DNA of 64,000 nucleotides from the NCBI RefSeq assembly GCF_963921235.1, contig NC_086107.1:106766001-106830000 (forward strand), written 5' to 3'. The translations under genes and the position numbers were made by a program. Origin of the DNA: Mobula hypostoma (Eukaryota). The notes under the pieces were generated by a model. It had not been told where the DNA came from and did not search any database. It saw only the letters and a program-made list of their open reading frames with translations. Positions 51,115 through 62,517 of this stretch are shown here, piece by piece; position 1 is the stretch's first letter; every line of letters begins with the position of its first letter.

Positions 51115-51500
51115 TGTTTAATGTATGAGGAGCACTTGATGGCTCTGAGCCTGTATTCGCTGGAGTTTAGAAGAGTGAGGGGGTGAAATCTCATTGAAAC
51201 CTACCAAGTATTGACAGCCTCAGAATAGAAGTACGTGCCCTCAGAACAGAGAAGAGGAAGAATTTCCTTTGCCACAATGTGGTGAGCCTGTGGAATTCAT
51301 TGCCACAGTCGGCTGTGGAGGCCAAGTCATTGCGTATATTTAAAGTGGAGGTTGATAGGTTCTTGATTAGCAAGGGCATCAGAGGTCACGGGGAGAAGGC
51401 AGCATGAATGGGGTTGAGAGGGATAAGGCATCAGTCACGATGGAATGATAGAGCAGAGTTGATGGGCCGAACGGCCCAATCTGCTCTTATGTGTTATGGT
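51115..51500 (+). mobile_element. CR1 3' fragment with the same internal deletion
   Basis: GTATTGA|CAGCCTCAGAATAG junction. Confidence 0.8.
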
Positions 51501-51964
51501 CCCCTGCGCCCTTATATGTTTGTATATTCGAATTCTGATTGGTTACAGTAAATCTTAAAGCCGTTCTCCCAGATGTGGGAATATTGATATCAATAAATGA
51601 TATATTTAAACATAAATCATGTGTCTCAAAATACAGTGAACTCTGCTAGGATAAAAGTAAATGCAAAATAGTCACTATCAGGCAAGACATGAGAAAGCTT
51701 GGATATGCTGCCCTCCACAGACACGTAGGAGCTTGCAGTCACTTACTGCAGGACTCACGTGGGGAATGAACCCGCTGCCATTGGAGCTGTGGCTCAGAGC
51801 GAGCCAGTGTGGGACGCCCAGCTCTTGAGTCTGCTCCGCAGTTGACTAAACAATGGCATAAAAATGATCCTCAGGAGGGGCACTGGACGATGGGGTTTGG
51901 AGAGTTAGGATTGGAATACGGATGGACTTTATCTCTACGGGGAATGAAGTGCAGAAGATGTGAA

Positions 51965-52428
51965 ATGACATGGCGGTCCTCGGCCTCCTCTGTGCCGAGA
52001 TGAGGCCACCCTTGGGGTGGAGCAGCATCACCTTATATTCCATCTGGGTAGCCTCCAACCTGATGGTATGAGTATCAATTTCTCCTACCAGTTAAAAAAA
52101 AATTTTTCCCCCTCCCCTCTTCTTCTACTCCACATTCTGGCCTCTTACTTCTCACTTGCCTATCACGCCCCCCTTCCTTTTCTCCTACTGTCCACTCTCC
52201 CCTCCTGTCAGACTCCTTCCTCTCCAGCCCTTGACTTTACCCACCCACCTGGCTTCACCTGTCACCTTCTAGCTACTCCTCTTCCCTTCCCTCCACCTTT
52301 TTATTCTGGCGTCTTCCCCCTTCCTTCTCAGTCCTGAAGAAGGGTCTGGGCCTGAAACGTCCACTGTTTGTCCATTTCCATAGAAGCTGCCTGACCTACT
52401 GAGTTCCTCCAGCATCATGTGTGTGTGT
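51965..52428 (+). mobile_element. Penelope-like element 3' fragment
   Basis: Frame EQHHLIFHLGSLQPDGMSINFS, pyrimidine-rich UTR, hammerhead at 52329, same terminal repeat as 39481-39615. Confidence 0.75.
52329..52366 (+). ncRNA. Minimal hammerhead motif, closing pair of stem I mutated
   Basis: CAGUC-CUGAAGA-AGG-GUCUGGG-CCU-GAAACGUC-CACUG. Confidence 0.5.
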
Positions 52429-52860
52429 AACTTTGATACGAACCATTCAGAGTATTTTAGGGACCTGCAGATTAATTCCCAGCCTCTTCCTGATGGTGGA
52501 GGTGTTTCTTTAATCTTCCGCCGTTCGTTGCATTTTTATTCAATCTATAATTGAATCTTATTGGGTTTCCTCATGAATAAAACAACAAGTGCTTCACTTT
52601 TTCAGCAGTCAAATGAAAGTCAAGAATATCCCAAACTGAACAGCGTGTCTGTTGGTGCTGAAACATATTGGACAGATCCTGCCGTGTAGGTGTGAGCTCT
52701 AAGTGAATGTGACCTTCCAACCTCCAAAGATAAATGCAGATATAATAATTAAACTTCAAGTGGGAATTGGTAATGCATGCATGCCCAAGTCTGGATTGAG
52801 TTGTAACTGTTACTTGGCTAAGTACCTTGTCAAAATCCATTTGCTCTGATGCTGTCGCTG

Positions 52861-53410
52861 CACACAATGGCCACTTTATTAGGTACAGGTTCTGCCTAAT
52901 AAAGTGGCCGCTGAGTGTGTGTTCGTGGTCTTCCGCCACTGGCACCCATCCTTTTTAAGATCCAACGTGTTGTACATTCAGAGATAGTCTTCTGCACCAC
53001 CACTGTGGTTACGTGTGTATTATTTGAGTTACTGTCCCCTTCCAGTCTGGCCATTCTCCTCTGACCTCTCTCATTAACAAGGCCTTTTCACCCACATTAC
53101 TGCTGCTCGCTGGATTTTTTCTTTCTTTTGCCTTATGCACCATTCTCTGTAAACTCTAGCGACTGTTGGGCGTGAAAATCCCAAGAGGTTAGCAGTTTTG
53201 GAAATACTCAAACCACCCTATCTGGCACCAACAACAATTCCCCAGTCAAAGTTACTTAGATCACTTTTCTTCCCCATTCTGATGTTTGGTCTAGACAACA
53301 ACTGAACCTCTTGACCATGTCTGCATGCTTTTATCTATTGAGTTGGGGCCACATGATTGGCTGGATAGATATTTGCATTAACGAGCAGGTGTACAAAGGT
53401 ATCTCATAAA
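52861..53410 (-). mobile_element. Non-autonomous Tc1-like element, same family as 29055-29848
   Basis: Reverse-complement homology throughout; TIR-derived TGGCCACTTTATTAGGTAC at left end. Confidence 0.75.
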
Positions 53411-54078
53411 CTGTCTGTCGGACAGCTCCTGCGGTGATGCTGTGATCTCCAACTACATGAATTTGACCTTACAACCTCCAAAGATGAATGAAGACATAAT
53501 AATTCTGCTTCAAGTGGAAATTGAGTCGATAGCTAATGCATGCATGCCCATGTCTGGACTGAGATGGAGCCATTATTTAGCTAAAGACCTTATCAAAATC
53601 CATTTGTTCTGATGCTGTCCCTAATTGATCATTCTCCCTCACTGACCAGTACCCCCTACAGAGAAAACTAAAACTAATCTTATTTTTAAAGACATAGTGC
53701 CATAGAATTTAATGTTCAAACAGCATGAAAAAGGCCCTTCGGCTCATTGGGTAACATTTAGTAAACCTACTCAAAGTTCAAACTTCTAAGTACATTTATT
53801 ATCAAAGTATGTAGACGTTATACAAACCTTGAGTTTTGTCTCATTACAGGCAGCACAAAACAAAGCAACCCATAGAACCCATTTTAAAAAAGACCATCAA
53901 AAATCCAATGTGCAGAGAGGAAAAGAAAAACAAACAAATCATGCAAACAGTAAAAGCAAGCAAATAGCGTTCTGAACTGAAGTCCACAAAGAGAGTCCGT
54001 CCACAGACCCACAGTTCAGCGCAGAGCCAAGTAAATCCCCTACGCTCTGGGGACTGCCGCTTCGATTTGGCCTGTACC

Positions 54079-54469
54079 TGTCACAACCACGGATTCGGCA
54101 ATTGCGCTTGTGAATATGCATGTGTCAGCTAATTATTATTTAATTATGGTGGTATTTAACACCCTTCTTTTCATTGTAGCACAGCAACGTTACACTGCCT
54201 GCTTGCATTTGGCCTTGCCTGAGGAAGTGGGCTGTCAAGTCAACTGACACTAAAGTCTGATGGTATTCATTTTATACTTAGATATTCCTTTCAGCTGTGG
54301 TGTTGGCATCCAGTTTTCCATTTGAGAGTTTTCGTTAACAGCCCTGCCTGGCCTAGGGTTTACCATTTTATTTTCCCTTAAAATCCTGTTTGCATTGAAG
54401 TCTGTAAACTATCAACCTGCTTCAACCTGCTCCCTCTCTGCACTTCGGTCATAACCAAACAAATTGACA
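54079..54469 (+). mobile_element. Solo LTR, 391 bp
   Basis: TGTCA...TGACA termini; TSD GTACC/GTACT; homologous to 45811-46504. Confidence 0.7.
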
Positions 54470-54717
54470 GTACTGACCTTCCCAATCACAGTTTAATTTC
54501 ATCGCACTCCCATCAACTACCCCTAGATTTAGCAGTTCACCTACGCCCTAGGAATAATTTATAGTGGCAAATTGACTTACCAGACATTCTCATGCATTCA
54601 TCAAATTGAGAGCGGAGAAGATAGGAGATGCTGGATAACCAACTCACTGTGGCACAGGTCTTACAGCTTCAGGCAGATATATCCCTTCTCACATGAGTCT
54701 AACTGTAAGTGGTTACC

Positions 54718-55135
54718 TGTTATGGGGTTTAGACACTCCCATTCTCCGGAGTATGGATAGCTGACGTGGTCCCTTTAAAGATATTGGCCCGCTCCGCTAA
54801 CATTTTGCCGTGTTTTGCCCCCACAATTTGGATATTTAGAGAGCACCTGAACTCAGGTTCGGTGCTCAATCACCAGCTCAACTCTGGTTCAGTCCGTGAT
54901 TGCGTTTAGTATTTCTGTCTCATTTGGATTCTCATCTAGTCTCATCAGGTTCTCATCTAGCATCTAGCCAAGAACCCTGTTCTCGTCTCAGTCTCAAAAT
55001 CAGGCCTAGTCTCGGATACTCCAGCACTTGGGTCCTCACCATCCTTGCCCAGGCCTCTCGTCATGGTTACCAGGTATTTGACTACGGAGGCAGCATGACT
55101 GGGCCTGGTCCCCTGGCTGATATTCACATGTAACA
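54718..55135. mobile_element. Possible solo LTR
   Basis: TGTTA...TAACA termini and internal (TCTCA)n-like repeats; no clear TSD. Confidence 0.45.
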
Positions 55136-55279
55136 TCCACAAAATGCTGGAGGAATTCAACAGGAGTTGACGTTTTGGGTTGCACAACTTTTCGCCCGAG
55201 AGACTTCGAATGGTAGAGTCAGAAGTGGGAGCCTTGTCCCCACCTCCTTGCTCTAAACCTCTCCAGCTAAGATATTGAG

Positions 55280-55690
55280 GACATGGTCAAGAGGTTCAGT
55301 TGATGCTCAGGCCAAACGTCAGAACGGGGACGAAATGTGATCTAAGTGACTTTGACTATAGAATGATTGTTGGTGCCAGATGGGGTGGTGTGAGTATCTC
55401 GGAAACTGCTGGTCTCCTGGCATTTTCATGCACAACAATCTCTGGAATGGTGTGAAAAACAAAGTAAAATACAGTGAGCGGCAAAAACACCCTGTTAACG
55501 AAAGAGGTCGGAGGAAAATAGCCAGACTGGTTCGAGCTGACAGGAAGGTGTCAATAACTCAAACAACCATGAGTCACAACAGTAGTGTGCAGAAGTGCAT
55601 CTCTGTATGCACAACTTGTTGAACCTCGAAGTAGATGGGCCACAGCGGCAAAAGACCACAAACATACACTCAGTGGCCTCTTTATTACAT
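55280..55690 (+). mobile_element. Third, truncated copy of the same Tc1-like family
   Basis: GACATGGTCAAGAGGTTCAGTTG ... CATACACTCAGTGGCCTCTTTATTA. Confidence 0.75.
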
Positions 55691-55831
55691 GCAGTGTCCA
55701 CTGGGTACAATGGAAAACTTACATGCAGCAGTATCACAGGCACATAGCATCAGATACACAATATTCACAAGAAAAATATCAACTAACAACACAAATTACA
55801 CATAGTTATACCAGGAAGAAAGTGATTAGAG

Positions 55832-56160
55832 CAAGCAGGCTTTTTCCACTGAGGCAAGGGGAGGAAAAAACCAGAGGACATGGGTTAAGGGTGAGGGGGG
55901 AAAAGCTTAAAGGGAACATCAGGGGGGGCTTCTTCACACAGAGAGTGGTGGGAATATGGAATGAGCTGCCAGATGAGGTGGTAAATGCGGATTCTTTTTT
56001 AACATTTAAGAATAAATTGGACAGATACATGGATGGGAAGTGTATGGACGGATATGGTCTGTGTGCAGGTCAGTGGGACTAGGCAGAAAGTGGTTCGGCA
56101 CAGCCAAGAAGGGCCAAAGGGCCTGTTTCTGTGCCGTAGTTTTTCTATGGTTTCTATGGT
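55832..56160 (+). mobile_element. CR1 LINE 3' fragment
   Basis: TRGHGLRVRGEKLKG...FFTQRVVGIWNELP; (TTTCTATGG)n tail. Confidence 0.85.
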
Positions 56161-56274
56161 TTTTTTTCTAAAAATAGTTCATTGCTGTGCAAAGTGGTTC
56201 CCTAAGATTGCTATAGCTGGGGGTGGTAATGGGGGCAGGCTTCCACTACTTATTAAATGCTCCTAATGGCAGGT

Positions 56275-56583
56275 GTGTGGGCACGTGGCCAAGTGGTTAA
56301 GGCATTGGACTAGCTACCTGAAGTTGTGAGTTGGAGACCCAGCCGAGGGAACGTGTTGTGTCCTTGAGCAAGGCACTTAACCACACATTGCTCTGTGACG
56401 ACACTGGTGCCAAGCTGAATGGGTCCTAATGCCCTTCCCTTGGACAACATTGGTGTCGTGGAGAGGGGAGACTTGCAGCATGGGCAACTGCTGGTCTCCC
56501 ATACAACCTTGCCCAGGCCTGCGCCCTGGACAGTGAAGACTTTCCAGGCGCAGATCCATGGTCTCGTAAGACTAACGGATGCC
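56275..56583 (+). mobile_element. tRNA-derived SINE with CORE-like block and a different tail
   Basis: TGGCCAAGTGGTTAAGGC head; GTGTCCTTGAGCAAGGCACTTAACC; homologous to the 10819 copy up to CACATTGCTCT. Confidence 0.7.
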
Positions 56584-56658
56584 ATTTAGTATTTCAAATT
56601 GCCTCTGACAACCAGATCCAGCTTCTGACCTTCACATATGGCTTTGCTACCAAGCCCA

Positions 56659-57068
56659 CTTAACTTACTGCCTGTTACGCTGCTGGCGTTTAGGGCAGTG
56701 CTGAAGGTCCTCCATTTCTGGCGGAGTTCAGGTCTTCCTTCACCATATCACGAGCTTCTTCTCGGTTTTCTCTGCTGTCAGTGATGCAGGTTCCGGGTGG
56801 AGGCCCAGGAACATCATCGTACTCAGATGGAGAAGGATCCTCCATTGCTGTTTCAGTAACAATTTGATTGTTTGCCCCGAGCTGGACCCCTGGACCTGGA
56901 GTACCGGTGGACCACTCTCAGTCTGGCCTCTACCCTTTGACCTGTTTGACATGGTGACCCTACCAAGAGCCAAAGCATAAAGCCTTGACTCCAGCCAACA
57001 TAGCTCTCCGGGTCATTGAGGCTCACAAGCCTCCAAACCCAATAACAAGGTTGCGGTCCTCTTGGAGG
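56659..57068 (-). mobile_element. Non-autonomous RTE-type element with 11-bp TSD
   Basis: TACCAAGCCCA / TACTAAGCCCA flanks; homologous to 43210-43598. Confidence 0.7.
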
Positions 57069-57907
57069 TACTAAGCCCAGCAGAACCATGTCTACTGATA
57101 GGAGAATGGGCAAAGGTAGGTTACTGGCACCTTAAAACCAGTTACTTTGGGTAGATGGGGCTCATCAGCCGTTGTTGGCAGCTCATCTAGGAGAACTCTG
57201 ATCTTAACTTCCACTGCCTTATGGCTATACCCACTGATGGTGAAGTCTTTGGGAGTAAACCCCGAGGAAAAATCCAGAGCTGGAGTCCCAAAGGGAGTCC
57301 TACATTGAGTTCAACATTGACTGGCAACTCCTGAGACACGCTGGTGCCAAACTGCATCGGTCTCTGCCGTTCCTTTGGATTCATCGGCTGGGTGGAGAGG
57401 GGGAGCCTGCAACATGGGCAACAGCTTGATCTCCAAATCGTACTGCCCTGGCTTGCATATCATGTCGACAGCTGAGAAGCAACATCCATGGTTGACCATG
57501 AACAACGGGGAGCCTCATGCACAAACGTACATGAACGTACACTAGAACACAGAACAGCACATCACAATACAGGCTTATTGGCCCACAATGATGTGCTGAC
57601 CTTTTAACTTACCTGCTATGTGCATCAAAAGTGATATTTCCAATATAGCACAGAGGGAATGCTGAAGTGGATAAAATGTATAAAACTAGACCTGATTACT
57701 CTCGCAATTATTTTGAACAAAATAGTTGAGAGGGAGAGATTTCCTGGGATTATTATTTTTTCCCCCTCACTCAGCATTGTTTAATCGGATTAACTGCCCA
57801 TCATCACACTGGTCTTTGTTAGAGTTTTTCCATTGTGATGCCAACTTTACAACAGTTATCACAAAACCCATGAGGCCCTTTGGGATGTTCAAAGTAAATT
57901 TATTACC

Positions 57908-58390
57908 CAGTACTGTGCAAAAGCCTTGTGCATATGTGAAAAAAAATTCTGTAAAGTGAAGGTGCTTTCGAAAATAATGAAATGAAAAGTTTCTAAAGTA
58001 TCAAAAATTTACTATAAAGAACAGTAAACAGTGACAAAAAAAATGAAATCAAATCAATACAACACACACAAAATGCTGGAGGAACTCTGTAGGCCAGGCA
58101 GGAATAAACTGTCGAAACTTCAGGCCGAGACTAACTTTATCAGGACTAATCAAATCAATATTTGATGTGATCACCTTTAAATCTGCATCAATTCTCTCGG
58201 GTACATTGTCATGCAGTTTTATAAGAAAATTAGCTGGTAGGTTGTTCCAAGCATCTTGGAGAACTTGCCACAGTTCTTCGGCAGACTTTGGATGTCTCAC
58301 TTGTTTCCCTCTTTCCAGGGGGTCCCAGACAGCCTCGATGATGTTGAGATCAGGGATCTGTGGAGGTTATAAGAATTTTGCATAATACTG
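57908..58390 (-). mobile_element. Internally deleted Tc1-like element with TIRs
   Basis: TIRs CAGTACTGTGCAAAA / TTTTGCATAATACTG. Minus strand encodes PDLNIIEAVWD and PKSAEELWQVLQDAWNNLP (Tc1 C-terminus). Contains a Penelope-like insert at 58060-58147 (TSD AATCAAATCAATA). Confidence 0.8.
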
Positions 58391-59270
58391 TATTTGTCAA
58401 TTTATGCTACCTTGAGATTCATTTTCTCACAGGCATTCACAGTGGAACAAAGAAATACAATAGAATCAATGAAAAACTACAGACAAACACTGACAAATAA
58501 CCAATTTGCAAAAGAAGAAAAAATGTGCAAATACAAAAATAACAAATAATAATAAAAAAAATAAGTATGTAAACAAATCATATCAGGAACATGTGTAAAA
58601 GAGGCCTTGAATGTGTGTCTGCAGGTTGTGAAATCAGTTCAGAGTTGAGGTGAGTGAAGTTATCCACCCTGGTTCAGAAGCCTGATGGTTGAAGGGTATT
58701 AACTGTTCCTGAACCTGGTAGCATGGGACTTGGTGATGTGAAATGTTCTATAAGAAACACAAGTTTCTCTTGTTCTCCTGATATGTAAATTTGGAGACAG
58801 GCTCTCAATTGGGATTCAGCGGCACAAAGAACAAAGGTGGGGGGGCGGTGTTAGGATTAGAAGATTCCATGCAGTGAACAAAGCTCTCGTCTCCACAAGG
58901 GGCAGGAGAAGAGGGTCAAATCTAATATTAGAGAATGGATTTAAAAAGTGAAGGAAACTATTTCAGAATAACTGTAAAGAATGCAGAAACATAGAGTGGA
59001 TAGTTGCAGAGATAAAACTATACAAATTGCTATGATCCTACAAAATGAGGGATGAGCAAGATGTAATTTTACAACAGGCAATTCTAGTTCAACACCCTTT
59101 CAGCTACAAAAAACTGAATGTCTACTGGCTGATTATATTGAATGAAGGGATTGTTGGACTATTGCCGCACCTGTTTTCGGTGCTGAAGTTTCAATTTGAT
59201 GTCAATGTAAGATTTTTAAATACTCTTCAGTCTAGAAACTGGCACGTCGCATTCTCAATAGATGCACAGA

Positions 59271-59692
59271 CGTCACGGTGCGTGCTCGCTGAACTGGACC
59301 CAAGCGCAGAGGAAAGACAGACTCTCTCTGTCAACGGCGGTCGCTGACACCGACTCAACCCAGGTGCGGAGGAATGGAAGAATCCCCACGAAGAGATGGA
59401 AACAGGAAGTTAGACATAGGAATCCTAGCAGAGCATTGGAGATAAAACCAAGCAACACCGAGAGACAAATAATTTTCCACAAACACAGACAGACTCTGCA
59501 ACCAGTGCAGAAGAGTTCCCTTTAAGTAACCATGAAATCCGGGAAACACGTGCTGATCACAATTAACTGGACAAGATTAAACCGAAAGCAGCAGGGCTTA
59601 ACGACTATAACAATTAGTAAATACAGAAGCTTGAAAAACTCAGAAGCCCAAATCTCTATGGCAAGCCACAGAGGCCTGCAGGGCTCGTGACA
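59271..59692. mobile_element. Possible solo LTR
   Basis: Terminal inverted GTCACG...CGTGAC; CpG-richer than flanks; TSD not clear. Confidence 0.4.
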
Positions 59693-59815
59693 CATGGACT
59701 ATGCAGTTCACATTATGATGTGTTCTTAGTATCTGGTTACTCCTTTCTTATAACAACATACATCAAAGTTGCTGGTGAACGCAGCAGGCCAAGCAGCATC
59801 TATAGGAAGAGGTGC

Positions 59816-59851
59816 AGTCGACGTTTCAGGCCGAGACCCTTCATCAGGACT
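59816..59851 (-). ncRNA. Minimal type-I hammerhead ribozyme motif (Penelope-like terminal repeat)
   Basis: Minus strand AGUC-CUGAUGA-AGGGUCUCGGCCU-GAA-ACGU-C-GACU: stem I AGUC/GACU, intact core, GUC triplet, palindromic ACGU in place of stem III. Confidence 0.7.
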
Positions 59852-60831
59852 TTCTTTCTTATTGCTGGTTCGCGCGATTTTGATCGGGGCGGACTGGCTC
59901 TGCCACCTGCAGTTAACGAACGATGCAGCACTAAATTAAGCCGAACTGAACTAAACTGAACATTCCTTGAGGGTTTCAATGACACCGTGGTTTGAATGTT
60001 TTATATCTTGTGTGTTTTTCACTTTTGTGCAAATTGTTCATTTTCTTTTGCACGTTGGGTGTTTGATGTTTTTCTTTGAACGGGTTCCATGGTGTTTCTT
60101 TGTTTTGTGGCTGTCTGTGGGACGACAAATCTCAGGGTTGTGTACTGTATGCGTACTTTGATAATAACTGTACTTTGAATCTTTAAATCTTCGAAATTCT
60201 AAATCTCCTAAAACTCTTTCCATTTCTCATATTTTGTCTGTGATGAGATGAAATTAATGAAAACTTCAGAGTGTTGTCCCCATTGTTGGATTACACTGCA
60301 TTATTATTATCTTTTCAGCTTAACTATTAATTGCCTGCTTGTATTTTATATAGCTACCTACATACATGTAACTGATTAGTATGTTTCCTAGTGTTCACAG
60401 TATGTATATGCAATGTGTCCATTAGTGGTTACAGTTCTGTTTCCTTAATGTTCCGTGTCCTCTGTGGCCTGCAGATAATGAAGACTCAGCACTGGGCTAG
60501 GCTGAACTGAGCTGGACTCTTCTGATAACTTTGTGGTTTGGTGTTTTATATTCTTGTTTTTTTTTTGCTGTTTGCGCAATTTGTTCTTTTTTTTTGTGCA
60601 TTGGGGGTTTGATTTTTTTTCTTTGAACGGGTTCCAAGGTTTACTTTGTTTCGTGGCTGTCTGTGGGAAGATGAATCTCAGGGTTGTTTGTATACTGCGT
60701 ACATACTTTGGTAATAAATGTACTTTGAATCTTTGAATCTCTATCAAAGAGTGACCATAACAGAAAAGGATTCTTCATTCAGATGGAAAATGAAATAGTT
60801 CTATCTGAAACTAGGTCTTAAATCTGAAAAG

Positions 60832-61640
60832 GCGGTGGAGCTTAGGAGAGACAATGGCGCCTAACGGCGACTCCTTTGCTCGCATCTTCGGAAACAGCTC
60901 TATTTCCATCTTTAATATCTCTATTTTTCCCGTTCAGGGTTCTTTTGAAGACCCTGACCTGGAGTAACAGACTGACTACGGTTCTTTGTGGGAATGGGAC
61001 CCGCCCTCGCAGTTTCACAACTGGACGTTTTTCGGCACGCCAAGGGCTCAGCCTAAGAGCTCCGCTCACCTTCGGAGGCCCAGGATCTCATGGCTCTGGA
61101 GACCGGGGGGAGGATTGGAGGTCGGTGCCTCTACAGGAGATCGGAGTGTCATGGGAAAAACCGAAAATCCCTAGCTGTGCGCCCAGAGACACGAGATCTT
61201 TAGGCACAGAGGTTGGGAAAAGTGACGTAACAGACCTTTTACGCCGTAAACCAGCGACTTGTTTGCTATGTCTCCCCTCTCTCTGTGAAACAGAAACACC
61301 TCTTTCTCCCTTATTAAAGAGAGAGAGAGCCTGTGGTATGTCGAATGCCAGTTGGACAATGTAGTCTTCGGGGTACTGCAAGTCTGTGTCTTTGCTGTTG
61401 CCTTGCTCGGTGGTGGGTGCCGATGCCTTTTTTGCCAGTGGGGAGGGGGATTGTTGCTCGCTACCGCTTACACGTGGGGTGGAGGGGGAGCTGGGGGGGT
61501 ACTTTTCGGTTCTAACATTTAACTGTCATTCATTCTTTGGGGGCACTCCTCTGTTTTCGTGGATGTTTGTGAAGAAAAAGCATTTCAGGATGTATATTGT
61601 ACACATTTCTCCAACATTAAATGTACCTTTGAAACCTTTG
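60832..61640 (+). mobile_element. Non-coding retroposon, 809 bp, 12-bp TSD, (CCTTTGAAA)n tail
   Basis: AAATCTGAAAAG at 60820-60831 and 61641-61652; ATTAAA followed by a short tandem tail; CpG-rich. Confidence 0.8.
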
Positions 61641-62010
61641 AAATCTGAAAAGAACTTTCAGTCAAGATGCGCCTGAGTACAATGCTCTTTCGGTCGACAT
61701 CTTCTGGATAGATCATGAAATCATATATTTCACTTATATTATGTCTTTTACATTTGTTTTTCATCTTGAATGTGATTCTGGAATTGTTGGGGCCTGTGCT
61801 TTGTACTTTGGAGATCATTTGGGTGTTTCAGCGCTCTGCAGTCTCTGAGAGGATTCCGGGAGATAGAGGCAGCGTGATCGAACCTCATGACGAGGAGGCT
61901 GCGGGATGGGGCTTGAACCGATGTCCGACTCCGTTTCACTGATTAAATCTTCTATTGTTCACAGATTAAAGTACAAGGGAGATCGAAACATCGAGGTGAA
62001 TGCAGAAAGT

Positions 62011-62517
62011 GATCGCTGGTGGGATCGCTCTGCTATGGAGAGGGGAGACTGTGTTTTGATCGATGGTGGGATCGCTCTGCTATGGAGAGGGGAAACCGCC
62101 TTTTGATCGCTGGTGGGATGGCTCTGCTATGGAGAGGGGAGACTGTGTTTTGATCACTGGTGGGATTGCTCTGCTATGGAGAGAGGAGACTGTGTTTTGA
62201 TCACTGGTGGGATTGCTCTGCTATGGAGAGGGGAGACTGCGTTTTGATCACTGGTGGGATTGCTCAGGTATGGAGAGGGAAGACTGTGTTTTGATCGATG
62301 GTGGGATCGCTCTGCTATGGAGAGGGGAGACTGCATTTTGATCACTGGTGGGATCACTCTGCTATGGAGAGGGGAGACTGCGTTTTGATCACTGGTGGGA
62401 TTGCTCTGCTATGGAGAGGGGAGACTGCGCTTTGATCACTGGTGGGATTGCTCTGCTATGGAGAGGGGAGACTGTGTTTTGATCACTGGTGGGATCGCTC
62501 TGCTAAGGAGAGGGAAA
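62011..62517. repeat. Minisatellite, 47-bp unit, 10 full copies plus 1 partial
   Basis: GATCRCTGGTGGGATYGCTCTGCTATGGAGAGGGGAGACTGYGTTTT starting at 62011, 62058, 62105, 62152 ... 62481. Confidence 0.95.

Noticed and set aside
62011..62517. CRISPR-like array
   Set aside because: Units are contiguous tandem copies with no unique spacers; eukaryotic context with no cas genes.
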